Shown here: in pieces, positions 9,885-21,249 of the stretch | How the letters are laid out: every line of letters starts with the position of its first letter | Position numbering within the stretch: position 1 is the stretch's first letter | Source: Mobula hypostoma | Lineage: Eukaryota | Reading direction: 5' to 3' | Assembly (NCBI RefSeq): GCF_963921235.1 | Contig: NC_086097.1 | Location: 106,642,001 to 106,706,000, forward strand | DNA length: 64,000 nt | Position numbers and translations under genes: made by a program | Notes under the pieces: model-generated | What the model was told of the DNA's origin: nothing | Database searches by the model: none | The model's input: the letters and a program-made list of their open reading frames with translations, nothing else

Positions 9885-12460
9885 CAAGGTGCCTACTGAG
9901 TGTACGTCCGTGGTCTTACATAGAAACACAGAAAATAGGTGGAGGAGTAGGCCATTCGGCCCTTCGAGCCTGCACCGCCATTTATTATGATCATGGCTGA
10001 TCATCCAACTCAGAACCCTGCACCAGCCTTCCCTCCATACCCCCTGATCCCCGTAGCCACAAGGGCCATATCTAACTCCCTCTTAAATATAGCCAATGAA
10101 CTGGCCTCAACTGTTTCCTGTGGCAGAGAATTCCACAGATTCACCACTCTCTGTGCGAAGAAGTTTTTCCTAATCTCGGTCATAAAAGGCTTCCCCTTTA
10201 TCCTCAAACTGTGACCCCTCGTTCTGGACTTCCCCAACATCGGGAACAATCTTCCTGCATCTAGCCTGTCCAATCCCTTTAGGATTTTATACGTTTCAAT
10301 CAGATCCCCCCTCAATCTTCTAAATTCCAACAAGTACAAGCCCAGTTCATCCGGTCCTTACTTCATATGAAAGTCCTGCCATCCTAGGAATCAATCTGGT
10401 GAACCTTCTTTGTACTCCCTCTATGGCAAGGATGTCTTTCCTCAGATTAGGGGACCAAAACTGCACACAATACTCCAGGTGTGGTCTCACCAAGGCCTTG
10501 TACAACTGCAGTAGTACCTCCCTGCTCCTGTACTCGAATCCTCTCGCTATAAATGCCAGCATACCATTTGCCTTTTTCACCGCCTGCTGTACCTGCATGC
10601 CCACTTTCAATGACTGGTGTATAATGACACCCAGGTCTCATTGCACCTCCCCTTTTCCTAATCGGCCACCATTCAGATAATAATCTGTTTTCCTATTTTT
10701 GCCACCAAAGTGGATAACTTCACATTTATCCACATTAAATTGCATCTGCCATGAATTTGCCCACTCACCCAACCTATCCAAGTCACCCTGCATCCTCTTA
10801 GCATCCTCCTCACAGCTAACACTGCCGCCCAGCTTCGTGTCATCCGCAAACTTGGAGATGCTGCATTTAATTCCCTCATCCAAGTCATTAATATATACTG
10901 TAAACAACTGGGGTCCCAGCACTGAGCCTTGCGGTACCCCACTAGTCACCGCCTACCATTCTGAAAAGGTCCCGTTTATTCCCACTCTTTGCTTCCTGTC
11001 TGCCAACATCAATACCTTACCCCCAATACCGTGTGCTTTAAGTTTGCACACTAATCTCCTGTGTGGGACCTTGTCAAAAGCCTTTTGAAAATCCAAATAT
11101 ACCACATCCACTGGTTCTCCCCTCTCCTAGTTACATCCACTCTACTAGCTACATCCTCAAAAAATTCTATGAGATTCGTCAGACATCATTTTCCTTTCAC
11201 AAATCCATGCTGACTTTGTCCGATGATTTCACCACTTTCCAAATGTGCTGTTATCACATCTTTGATAACTGACTCCAGCAGTTTCCCCACCACCGACATT
11301 AGGCTAACCGGTCTATAATTCCCCGGTTTCTCGCTCCCTCCTTTTTTAAAAAGTGGAGTTACATTAGCCACCCTCCAATCCTCAGGAACAAGTCCAGAAT
11401 CTAAAGAGTTTTGAAAAATTATCACTAATGCATCCACTATTTCTTGGGCTACTTCCTTAAGCACTCTGGGATGCAGACCATCTGGCCCTGGGGATTTATC
11501 TGCCTTTAATCCCTTCAATTTACCCAACACCACTTCCCTACTAACATGTATTTCCCTCAGTTCCTCCATCTCACTGGACCCTCTGTCCCCTACTATTTCT
11601 GGAAGATTATTTATGTCCTCCTTAGTGAAGACAGAACCAAAGTAATTATTCAATTGGTCTGCCATGTCCTTGCTCTCCATAATCAATTCACCTGTTTCTG
11701 TCTGTAGGGGACCTACATTTGTCTTTACCAGTCTTTTCCTTTTTACATATCTATAAAAGCTTTTACAGTCAGTTTTTATGTTCCCCGCCAGTTTTCTCTC
11801 ATAATCTTTTTTCCCCTTCCTAATTAAGCCCTTTGCCCTCCCCTGCTGAACTCTGAATTTCTGCCAGTCCTCAGGTGAGCCACTTTTTCTGGCTAATTTG
11901 TATGCTTCTTCTTTGGAATTGATACTATCCCTAATTTCTCTTGTCAGCCACGGGTGCACTACCTTCCTTGATTTATTCTTTTGCCAAACTGGGATGAACA
12001 ATTGTTGTAGTTCATCCATGCAATCCTTAAATGCTTGCCATTGCATATCCACCGTCAATCCTTTAAGTGTCATTTGCCAGTCTATCTTAGCTAATTCACG
12101 TCTCATACCTGTAGCTCATCTACTTCATGTCATACATTCAGAGATGCTCTTCTGCACATCACTGTTGTAATCAGTGGTTACTTGAGTTACTGTTGGCTTC
12201 CTGTCAGCTTGAACCAGTTTTTTATTTGCACCATTCTCAGCAAGTTCAGAGATTGTTCGGTGTGAAAATCCCAGCAGATCAGCTGTTTCTGAGACACTCA
12301 AACCACCATGGTCAAAGTCACTTGGATCACATTTATTCGCATTCAGATGTTGATCTGAACAACTAAACCACTTGACCATGTCTGCATGCTTTTATGCATT
12401 GGCTGATTTGATATTTGCATTAATGAGCAGGTGGACAGGTGTACCAAATAAAGTGGTCAG
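9885..12460 (-). mobile_element. Tc1-derived non-autonomous element, split by a CR1 into pieces at about 9885-9917 and 12109-12460
   Basis: The two pieces join to match the intact copy at 35883-36393; TIR-like caggtgtaccaaataaagtggtcagactgta at the right end. Confidence 0.75.
9919..12108 (-). mobile_element. Young CR1 LINE, 5'-truncated (ORF2 RT and C-terminus, few frameshifts)
   Basis: ORFs 11186-12106, 10638-10949, 10347-10610 and 10010-10339 carry KSPGPDG, NYRPVSL, QHGF, SGVPQGSVLGP, FADD, RPHLEYC, RRLRGDLI, WNSLP; TTTCTATG-type tail. Confidence 0.95.
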
Positions 12461-12589
12461 ACTGTAGGTTTTACTTTTGTTTTCTATTAAGCATAACAAA
12501 AGAAAATCATCATTTTAATCAATATTAGGCTGGGTTCAAGGTTAGATAAAGTCTCACTACCTAGCACTAGTTGCAGAGTAAGAAAGGAA

Positions 12590-12780
12590 AGGTACGTCGT
12601 ATCCAAAGTTTCTCCGGTTAGCGGACGATTCCCCTCCACACCTCTCTGAAGTAGTGGGGAACTGCATAGGAGGCAAGTTACAGCAGTGGTTTGCCACTGC
12701 CTTCTGCCGGGAGAGTTTCCAAAGAGGTCACCAGCTCATAACCTTGCATGGATGGAAAGCGTGCAGGGAACTGATTGCAA
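12590..12780 (-). repeat. SINE-like remnant with an RTE 5'-UTR-like motif
   Basis: Minus strand reads agaaggcagtggcaaaccactgctgtaac, similar to the gaaggcaatggcaaaccact motif of RTE/BovB-related SINEs. Confidence 0.4.
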
Positions 12781-12900
12781 CAGGCAAAACAGAGCAACAC
12801 AAATAGCAGTGTCTGTTTACAATTTAAAACAACTGTCCACGAATGCACATGTTCTCAGCTGTAGCTCATGGCTGTAGAGTCAGCCATGATAGAATGACAG

Positions 12901-13135
12901 CAGCAACACACACAAAATGCTGGAGGAACTCAGCAGGCCAGGCAGCATTATGGAAAAGAGTACAGTCGATGCTTCATGCCAAGACCTTTCATCAGGTCTG
13001 GGGTTATGATGAAGGGTCTCAGCCTGAAATGTCAACTGTACTCCTTCCTATAGATGTTGCCTAGTCTCTGAGTTCCTCCAGCATTTTGTGCATGTTGCTT
13101 GAATTTCCAACATCTGCAGATTTTCTCTTCTTTGT
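12901..13135. repeat. Inverted (head-to-head) pair of Penelope pLTR derivatives
   Basis: 12901-12997 (minus) and 13003-13135 (plus) are reverse-complement copies of the PLE tail. Confidence 0.8.
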
Positions 13136-13222
13136 GAATGGAATGACAGGAGCGGACTCAATGGGCTGAACAGCCTAATTATTCTTCTATGTCTTATGGT
13201 CTTACGGAAATGACCAAGTGAG

Positions 13223-13925
13223 ATAGAAACGTAGAAACATAGAAAACATACAGCACAACACAGGTCCTTCAGCCCACAAAGCTGTGCCGAACATGTCCCT
13301 ACCTTAGAACTACCTAGGCTTTACCCATAGCCCTCTATTTTTCTAAGCTCCATGTAGCCATCCAAGAGTCTCTTAAAAGACCCTATCGGTTCCGCCCCCA
13401 CTGGCAGCCCATTTCATGCATTCACCACTCTCTGCGTAAAAAACTTACCCAACATCTCCTCTGTACTGACTTCCAAGCACCTTAAAACCTCTCGTGCTAG
13501 CCATTTCAGACCTAGGGAAAAGCCTCTGACTATCCACACGATCAATGCCTCTTATTATCTTGTATACCTCTATCAGGTCACCTTTCATCCTCCGTCGCTC
13601 CAAGGAGAAAAGGCCGAGTTCACTCAACCTATTCTCATAAGGCATGCTCCCCAATCCAGGCAACATCTTTGTAAATCTCCTCTCCACCCTTTCTATGCGT
13701 TCCATGTCCTTCCTGTAGTGAGGCGACCAGAACTGAGCACAGTACTCCAAGTGGGGTCTCACCAGGGTCCTATAGAGCTGATACATTACCTCTCGGCTCT
13801 TAAACTCAATCCCACGATTGATGAAGGTCAATGCTCCTTAACCACAGAGTTAACCTGTGTAGCAGCTTTAAGTGTCCTATGAACTCGGACCCCAAAATCC
13901 CTCTGATTCCTCATACTGCCATGAG
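13223..13925 (-). mobile_element. CR1 LINE 3' fragment (second family)
   Basis: ORF 13445-13831 with RPHLEYCAQFWSP and RRRMKGDLIEVYK; TTTCTA(C/T)G tail. Confidence 0.92.
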
Positions 13926-14649
13926 ATTTGCCGTTTTCTCATGGGGTCTGTATGAAACTGCATGTATGACTCAAACTGCTCTCATGGTTATTCAGAGCAG
14001 AATTTGTGATGTCAGAAAGTTGATCTCAGTTACTTGACACATATAATGAGAAAAGAGTAAACAAATTAACTAGCAAATAAACCTGTAGATGTATTGCCAA
14101 CTACACCAATTACTATCACAGCTTTTATTTTCCAGCTTCTATACCTAATCTCTTGCCAGTGATGTTTGCATTGACGCACTGATAGGTACTTTGAGAGCAA
14201 TAAAATAATAAATGTCACATGTGTAATCTGCCCTAAAAAAAATTTACTGGGATGTTACCTTGTCTGTAAGTTTATAATTTCCATCTGTGTCATGATACAT
14301 TTAGAGCTCTAAATGCAAATTTCTGTCATGTGAATTGAAAGGAGCAGATTTTTACCAGTACTTTCCATTGTATAGTCATGTCACAGAGGAATACTTCTTT
14401 GAGAAATAATATTCATTACTGGGATCCAAATCCAAATCCAAATTCATCGTACATTGTGAATGGATAATGCCAACAATCTCCACATCCCCACATTACCACT
14501 ATAACAAGGTTTTGGAGATATTTTACTCCAAAGAATAGCAAGGAAAATTAACCCCCACAATTTGATAAAATAATGGACCAGGTTGTGTTTGATTCAACCT
14601 ACTATCCACAAGGCTTTAAGTGGCAAGCTCTCTCTGTGAGTTGCAAGTG

Positions 14650-14930
14650 GTAAGCACACCCAAGGGTGTCCCATAGCCCAGGTTCAGTTTTGACTCTCAA
14701 TTCTGTCTATGTGGAGTTCTGCACATTCTCCACGGCTTTCTTCTGGTTGCTCCAGTTTCTCCCACATTTCAAAGACATGGACTGGTAGGTTATTTGGTTG
14801 CTGTACATTGCTCATAGTATGTGGGTAAGTGGTACAATCTAAAGAAAGTGATAGCAGTCTGGGGACAATAGGATGGGTAGAATGAGTGCAAGGAAAAGGG
14901 TGCTTGATTGTCAGCATGGACTTGATGGGC
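14650..14930 (+). mobile_element. V-SINE (HE1-like), degenerate, interrupted in its tail by a CR1
   Basis: V-domain-like tgtggagttctgcacattctcc...ggttgctccagtttctcccacatttcaaaga; CR1-like tail agcatggacttgatgggc. Confidence 0.65.
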
Positions 14931-15429
14931 AAAGAAGGTTCACCAGATTGATTCCTGGGATGGCAGGACTTTCATATGAAGAAAGACTGGATGAACTGGG
15001 CTTGTACTCGTTGGAATTTAGAAGATTGAGGGGGGATCTGATTGAAACGTATAAGATCCTAAAGGGATTGGACAGGCTAGATGCAGGAAGATTGTTCCCG
15101 ATGTTGGGGAAGTCCAGAACGAGGGGCCACAGTTTGAGGATAGAGGGGAAGCCTTTTAGGACCGAGATTAGGAAAAACTTCTTCGCACAGAGAGTGGTGA
15201 ATCTGTGGAATTCTCTGCCACAGGAAACAGTTGAGGCCAGTTCATTGGCTATATTTAAGAGGGAGTTAGATATGGCCCTTGTGGCTACGGGGGTCAGGGG
15301 GTATGGAGGGAAGGCTGGGGCGGGGTTCTGAGTTGGAGGATCAGCCATGATCATAATAAATGGCGGTGCAGGCTCGAAGGGCTGAATGGCCTACTCCTGC
15401 ACCTATTTTCTATGTTTCTATGTTTCTAT
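14931..15429 (+). mobile_element. Young CR1 3' fragment, same family as 9919-12108
   Basis: Near-identical reverse complement of 9919-10410; (TTTCTATG)n tail. Confidence 0.95.
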
Positions 15430-15594
15430 ATATAACTCTGTACCTTTATGGCAATGCACATTGAAGTCCTGATAGTCTTTGAAACTTACATTGTCAAAAA
15501 CTTGTTTCACTGTTTTAAATACAGAAAATCAAATCTATTGTAAAATAATGCATCTATTTCAAAACAAAGCTAATGAATTAACAATGTATACACA

Positions 15595-16310
15595 TTTGTC
15601 TAAATTTAATCCAGATAAATGTGAGGAATTACACTTTGGGAGGTCAAATTCAGAAAATGACAGGGACGTTAAGAGCAACGGTGTACAAAGAGACCTTGGG
15701 GGTGCAAGTCTGTAGTTCCCTTAAAGTGATGACACAGGTGGATAGATTAGTGAAGAAGGCATTTGATGTGCTTGCCAACAGTTATACTTAAGAACATCAT
15801 GTTAGAATTGTACAAAACACTGGTGAGACCAGTTCTGTTCTGTTGCCACACAATATGAAGGGTGTTGTAGCAATAGTGAAAGTGTAGAAGAGATCCACCA
15901 GGATATTGTCTGGACTGGAGGACTATCTAAGGGGAAATTAGATAGGATAGGCTTATTTCACTGCTGAACAGCACAATGAGGAATGACCTTATAGAGACAC
16001 ATTAAATTATACAGGGCATAGAAAGAACAGATTGAATCCCTTCCCCAGGGCAAGAGGGTCTTGACCTGAGGTGAGAGAGGTGAAACTTAAAGAAGATCTG
16101 AGAGGAAGGTTTTTCACACAGAGGGTGGAACAAACCATCAAGAGGAGGCAGGACTGGCAGATACAATTACAATATTTAAAAGGCATTCGGACAAGTACTT
16201 AGATAAAAGGGGAATAGAGGCCAAATAGGAATAGTGTAGACAGTCGCCATGGACAAGGTGAGACAAGGTGGGAAATTCCTGTGCAGTCTTTTTCTATGAT
16301 CCACTATGCT
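15595..16310 (+). mobile_element. Old degenerate CR1 RT/3' fragment
   Basis: FNPDKCEELHFGRSN, VQRDLG and catgttagaattgtacaaaacactggtgagacc motifs. Confidence 0.75.
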
Positions 16311-17424
16311 TCTACGCTGTGAGCTAATGTACAGTAAACTAAAGAAATATATGATTTACCTTTTTAAATGAAGGTTGACCAATTAATGCACCTCCTTTGG
16401 CCAGCATAAAACAGAAGAGCCAGACATAAAGATACAGAATAATCTGAGTAAAGAGTAATTCTAGGGTTAAGCAAGATGCCACATACCTGACTTCCAGGAC
16501 ACTCCATATTTCTGTGCAGCAATGCACACACATGGAGGTCAACCTGGTAGGTATTTATCTACAGAACTGCCAAAGACCCACAAACAAAATAGGCCCTCCC
16601 CAAAAAAAAACTTTTTCTCCAATTGCGCAAATCATAGTTTTGTTATAACATTCCTCAAAAGGCAAAATAAAAAAAAACTCTTGATATTATTTCTATGCAG
16701 AAGTTAAATGTGCTACAATGCAGTCCTTTTCTACATTTTTATTCAAGCCTGAACAGACTGCCTGTTCTCCTCTCTGCCTACTAACATAAAACAGCTCTTA
16801 TCTTTATCCTGCGATGGTAATTTCCTTCCAATTTATCATGCACTTCTACAGATTTAAAAGTAAATGTGAAAATTAATGATAAATATGGAATTTGATTTTT
16901 CTGATTATATCAATCTTCTGTACTACAGTCAGTTCCTCTTAAGTGTAAAACCTATTTGCCATGAAATTTTATACACTTATCAGGAAACCACACTTAACAA
17001 GAATTTACATGAAAATTGCATTAAACTGTGCAACTACCGAGCAGAGTGACAATTAATTATTGACTACATGCAACCATATTTTTTAAAATAAAACCTGGGC
17101 ACTACTCCTACCATTAAAATAATATTATGCTCTGAGACCCATAAAATGTTGGTTATTACGAACTGCAATCTAAAATGAAATGAGCAATTAAAATTAGTGA
17201 ATGAATAAATTAGCAGCACTTGAAAGAGCCATACATTTATACAACAATAAAGTATGATAGGAAGCATTGTTCCAGATTCTTCTCTTTATTATTAACAAAT
17301 ACTAAACTCTATCTTTTAAATTTTTTTTTGTTTTGCGCATATAAATTATATGGCATCTTTTACCACATTCAGACAAATTAATCTCTACATACTAAAATAA
17401 TTTATCTGAATTTCCATAATATTT

Positions 17425-17722
17425 ATTTATTGATTTAAAGATACGGTACAGAACAGGTCCTTCTTGTCCAACGAGCCCCACCTCCAGCATACCACCTATT
17501 TTAACCGTAGCCTAATCACTGGTCAATTTACAATGTCCAATTAACCTACTAACCGATACATCTTTGGAATTTGAGTGGAAATCGGAGCAACTAGAGGAAG
17601 CACACGCAGTTCACGGGGAGAACATATAAATTCATTATAGATGATGCCGGAATTGAACTCTGAACTCCTGAACATCCTGAGCTGTAGTTAGCACAAAGTG
17701 CTGTGCTAACTACTGTGGCACC
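17425..17722 (-). mobile_element. V-SINE (HE1-like), degenerate
   Basis: Reversed V-domain: tacatctttgga...aatcggagcaactagaggaagcacacgcag..cacggggagaacat; B-box-like ggaattgaactc. Confidence 0.65.
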
Positions 17723-18169
17723 CAATTATTTAAAAGCTTATATTATAGTACGCATATATCACACTTCAAATTGCATTTAGAAAAAGAAAAGGAAACCAGT
17801 TGTCTGCTATTCTTGCACTTGGTAACCTGACTTTTCCCTTGGGGACAATCTGATGATTATACTATATAAAGTGTCAGGAGCTCAATAAGTCATCTCCACT
17901 TACTCAGTCAAAGGGCAACTTTGATTGCTGTTTCATAGTGCTTTATTTTATGGGCAAACATCCTCAAGTAATAGATATTGACCTATAACTAATGTAAAAA
18001 GCCTCAGAATATACCAATTTATAGTAATAATTTATGTTCTGGTTCTGATAAATCTTATGGCCTGAAAGAAAAAGACTGATATACAGTTCCACTGCCAGAA
18101 AGCTTTCCTCAATACAGACCATTTCACATCTATTAAGAAATGTCTATAAAACACACAGTATACACTCCC

Positions 18170-18304
18170 CAAACAACAGGAATTCTGCAGATGCTGGAAA
18201 TTCAAGCAACACACATCAAAGTTGCTGGTGAACGCAGCAGGCCAAGCAGCATCTATAGGAAGAGGCGCAGTCGACGTTTCAGGCCGAGACCCTTCGTCAG
18301 GACT
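18170..18304 (-). mobile_element. Young Penelope pLTR-derived short copy with intact hammerhead motif
   Basis: Almost identical to 18674-18778; flanked by short direct repeat actccc. Confidence 0.88.
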
Positions 18305-18679
18305 CCCATCCTGGTGCATTGAACTGTATAACACATCTGTTAGTATTTAAAAATGCACATGATGATTTGGTACAACAGCATAGATCAAGTAGTTGCTGTA
18401 ATTTCTGGAATTAAAACTTTTATTTCTATAATTCATACATCTAGGTTTTCTCACGAAGTATTCTGTGCCACATATCATCTCATAAAGAGGAAACAAAATC
18501 ACTGCTTTGCAGCAACAGCAATGGCATTGACAAGAATGTACTGTGACGGGTAAAGTTACTGTGACCAGCTGTAACTTTAAACTTCATGGGTATAATTTAA
18601 CCAGATAAATCACTAATAAATAACACTGGCATGATATGACCTGCTGCAATTGTATAAATCCATTCTAATCCTCATTCAA

Positions 18680-21144
18680 GCAACATACATCAAAGTTGCT
18701 GGTGAACGCAGCAGGCCAAGCAGCATCTATAGGAAGAGGCGCAGTCGACGTTTCAGGCCGAGACCCTTCGTCAGGACTAACTGAAGGAAGAGTGAGTAAG
18801 GGATTTGAAAGCTGGAGGGGGAGGGGGAGATGCAAAATGATAGGAGAAGACAGGAGGGGGAGGGATGGAGCCAAGAGCTGGACAGGTGATAGGCAAAAGG
18901 GGATACGAGAGGATCATGGGACAGGAGGCCTAGGGAGAAAGACGGGGGGGGTGACCCAGAGGATGGGCAAGAGGTATATTCAGAGGGACAGAGGGAGAAA
19001 AAGGAGAGTGAGAGAAAGAATGTGTGCATAAAAAGGAGTAACAGCTGGGGTACGAGGGGGAGGTGGGGTCTAGCGGAAGTTAGAGAAGTCAATGTTCATG
19101 CCATCAGGTTGGAGGCTACCCAGACGGAATATAAGGTGTTGTTCCTCCAACCTGAGTGTGGCTTCATCTTTACAGTAGAGGAGGCCGTGGATAGACATGT
19201 CAGAATGGGAATGGGATGTGGAATTAAAATGTGTGGCCACTGGGAGATCCTGCTTTCTCTGGCGGACAGAGCGTAGATGTTCAGCAAAGCGGTCTCCCAG
19301 TCTGCGTCGGGTCTCACCAATATATAAAAGGCCACATCGGGAGCACCGGACGCAGTATATCACCCCAGTCGACTCACAGGTGAAGTGATGCCTCACCTGG
19401 AAGGACTGTTTGGGGCCCTGAATGGTGGTAAGGGAGGAAGTGTAAGGGCATGTGTAGCACTTGTTCCGCTTACACGGATAAGTGCCAGGAGGAAGATCAG
19501 TGGGGAGGGATGGGGGGGACGAATGGACAAGGGAGTTGTGTAGGGAGCGATCCCTGTGGAATGCAGGGGGGGGGGAGGGAAAGATGTGCTTAGTGGTGGG
19601 ATCCCGTTGGAGGTGGCGGAAGTTACGGAGAATAATATGTTGGACCCGGAGGCTGGTGGGGTAGTAGGTGAGGACCAGGGGAACCCTATTCCTAGTGGGG
19701 TGGTGGGAGGATGGAGTGAGAGCAGATGTACGTGAAATGGAGGAGATGCGTTTAAGAGCAGAGTTGATAGTGGAGGAAGGGAAGCCCCTTTCTTTAAAAA
19801 ATGAAGACATCTCCCTCGTCCTAGAATGAAAAGCCTCATCCTGACAGCAGATGCGGCGGAGACGGAGGAATTGCGAGAAGGGGATGGCGTTTTTGCAAGA
19901 GACAGGGTGAGAAGAGGAATAGTCCAGATAGCTGTGAGAGTCAGTAGGCTTATAGTAGATATCAGTGGATAAGCTGTCTCCAGAGACAGAGACAGAAAGA
20001 TCTAGAAAGGGGAGGGAGGTGTCAGAAATGGACCAGGTAAACTTGAGGGCAGGGTGAAAGTTGGAGGCAAAGTTAATAAAGTCAACGAGTTCCGCATGCG
20101 TGCAGGAAGCAGCGCCAATGCAGTCGTCGATATAGCGAAGGAAAAGTGGGGGACAGATACCAGAATAGGCACGGAACATAGATTGTTCCACAAACCCAAC
20201 AAAAAGGCAGGCATAGCTAGGACCCATACGGGTGCCCATAGCTACACCTTTAGTTTGGAGGAAATGGGAGGAGCAAAAGGAGAAATTATTAAGAGTAAGG
20301 ACTAATTCCGCTAGACGGAGCAGAGTGGTGGTAGAGGGGAACTGATTAGGTCTGGAATCCAAAAAGAAGCGTAGAGCTTTGAGACCTTCCTGATGGGGGA
20401 TGGAAGTATATAAGGACTGGACATCCATGGTGAAAATAAAGCTGTGGGGGCCAGGGAACTTAAAATCATCGAAAAGTTTAAGAGCGTGAGAAGTGTCACG
20501 AACATAGGTCGGAAGGGATTGAACAAGGGGTGATAAAACAGTGTCGAGGTATGCAGAAACGAGTTCGGTGGGGCAGGAGCAAGCTGAGACAATAGGTCGG
20601 CCAGGACAGGCAGGTTTGTGGATCTTGGGTAGGAGGTAGAAACGGGAAGTGCGGGGTGTGGGAACTATAAGGTTGGTAGCAGTGGATGGGAGATCCCCTG
20701 AGCGGATAAAGTCGTTGATAGTGTGGGAGACAATGGCCTGGTGCTCCTTGGTGGGGTCACGATCGAGGGGTAAATAAGAGGAGGTATCCGCGAGTTGTCG
20801 CTGTGCCTCGGCAAGGTAGAGGTCAGTACGCCAGACTACAACAGCACCCCCCTTATCAGCGGGTTTAATAATAAGGTTAGGATTAGTGCGGAGGGAGTGG
20901 AGAGCAGAGCGTTCCGAAGGAGTGAGGTTGGAATGGGGACAAGGTGCGGTGAAGTCGAGACGGTTGATGTCCCGTCGGCAGTTGGAAATAAAGAGATCCA
21001 GAGCAGGCAGAAGACCAGAGCGGGGTGTCCATGAAGAAGAGGAGGGTTGAAGACGGGAGAAGGGGTCATCGGTGGGGGTGGAAGAGTCCTTGCCGAAGAA
21101 GTAGGCTCGGAGACGGAGACGGCGGAAGAAAAGTTCCGCATGAA
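18680..21144 (-). mobile_element. Penelope-like retroelement (Neptune-type), 5'-truncated, young, with 14-bp TSD
   Basis: RT/GIY-YIG ORF followed by a pLTR-type 3' region; taatcctcattcaa at 18666-18679 and 21145-21158. Confidence 0.95.
18742..18779 (-). ncRNA. Minimal type I hammerhead ribozyme motif in the Penelope pLTR
   Basis: Minus strand AGTC-CTGACGA-A-GGGTCTCGGCCT-GAAAC-GTC-GACT: CUGANGA and GAAA core boxes, stem II hairpin, GUC triplet, stem I AGUC/GACU. Confidence 0.7.
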
Positions 21145-21154
21145 TAATCCTCAT
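19070..21154 (-). CDS. Penelope RT plus GIY-YIG endonuclease, 694 aa without stops
   Basis: IKPADKG, LPKIHK, GRPIVS, MDVQSLYTSI, GVAMGT, RYIDD, FLDL, YYKPT; linker CKRNKCYTC; GVIYCVRC..LYIGET..RFAEH. Confidence 0.92.
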   Translation of the reverse strand: MRIIHAELFFRRLRLRAYFFGKDSSTPTDDPFSRLQPSSSSWTPRSGLLPALDLFISNCRRDINRLDFTAPCPHSNLTPSERSALHSLRTNPNLIIKPADKGGAVVVWRTDLYLAEAQRQLADTSSYLPLDRDPTKEHQAIVSHTINDFIRSGDLPSTATNLIVPTPRTSRFYLLPKIHKPACPGRPIVSACSCPTELVSAYLDTVLSPLVQSLPTYVRDTSHALKLFDDFKFPGPHSFIFTMDVQSLYTSIPHQEGLKALRFFLDSRPNQFPSTTTLLRLAELVLTLNNFSFCSSHFLQTKGVAMGTRMGPSYACLFVGFVEQSMFRAYSGICPPLFLRYIDDCIGAASCTHAELVDFINFASNFHPALKFTWSISDTSLPFLDLSVSVSGDSLSTDIYYKPTDSHSYLDYSSSHPVSCKNAIPFSQFLRLRRICCQDEAFHSRTREMSSFFKERGFPSSTINSALKRISSISRTSALTPSSHHPTRNRVPLVLTYYPTSLRVQHIILRNFRHLQRDPTTKHIFPSPPPAFHRDRSLHNSLVHSSPPSLPTDLPPGTYPCKRNKCYTCPYTSSLTTIQGPKQSFQVRHHFTCESTGVIYCVRCSRCGLLYIGETRRRLGDRFAEHLRSVRQRKQDLPVATHFNSTSHSHSDMSIHGLLYCKDEATLRLEEQHLIFRLGSLQPDGMNIDFSNFR

Positions 21155-21249
21155 TCAATACCTTTGTGATATCAGGGATGATAGCAGGCATGTAAAACCA
21201 AAAAAAAAGTTAAAAATGTAAATTAACTTCAGTATTCAGGTATTAAAGT

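Noticed and set aside
16486..16558. Possible 72-nt minus-strand exon with donor CAG|gtatgt
   Set aside because: Several competing acceptors, most frames closed, no recognisable peptide
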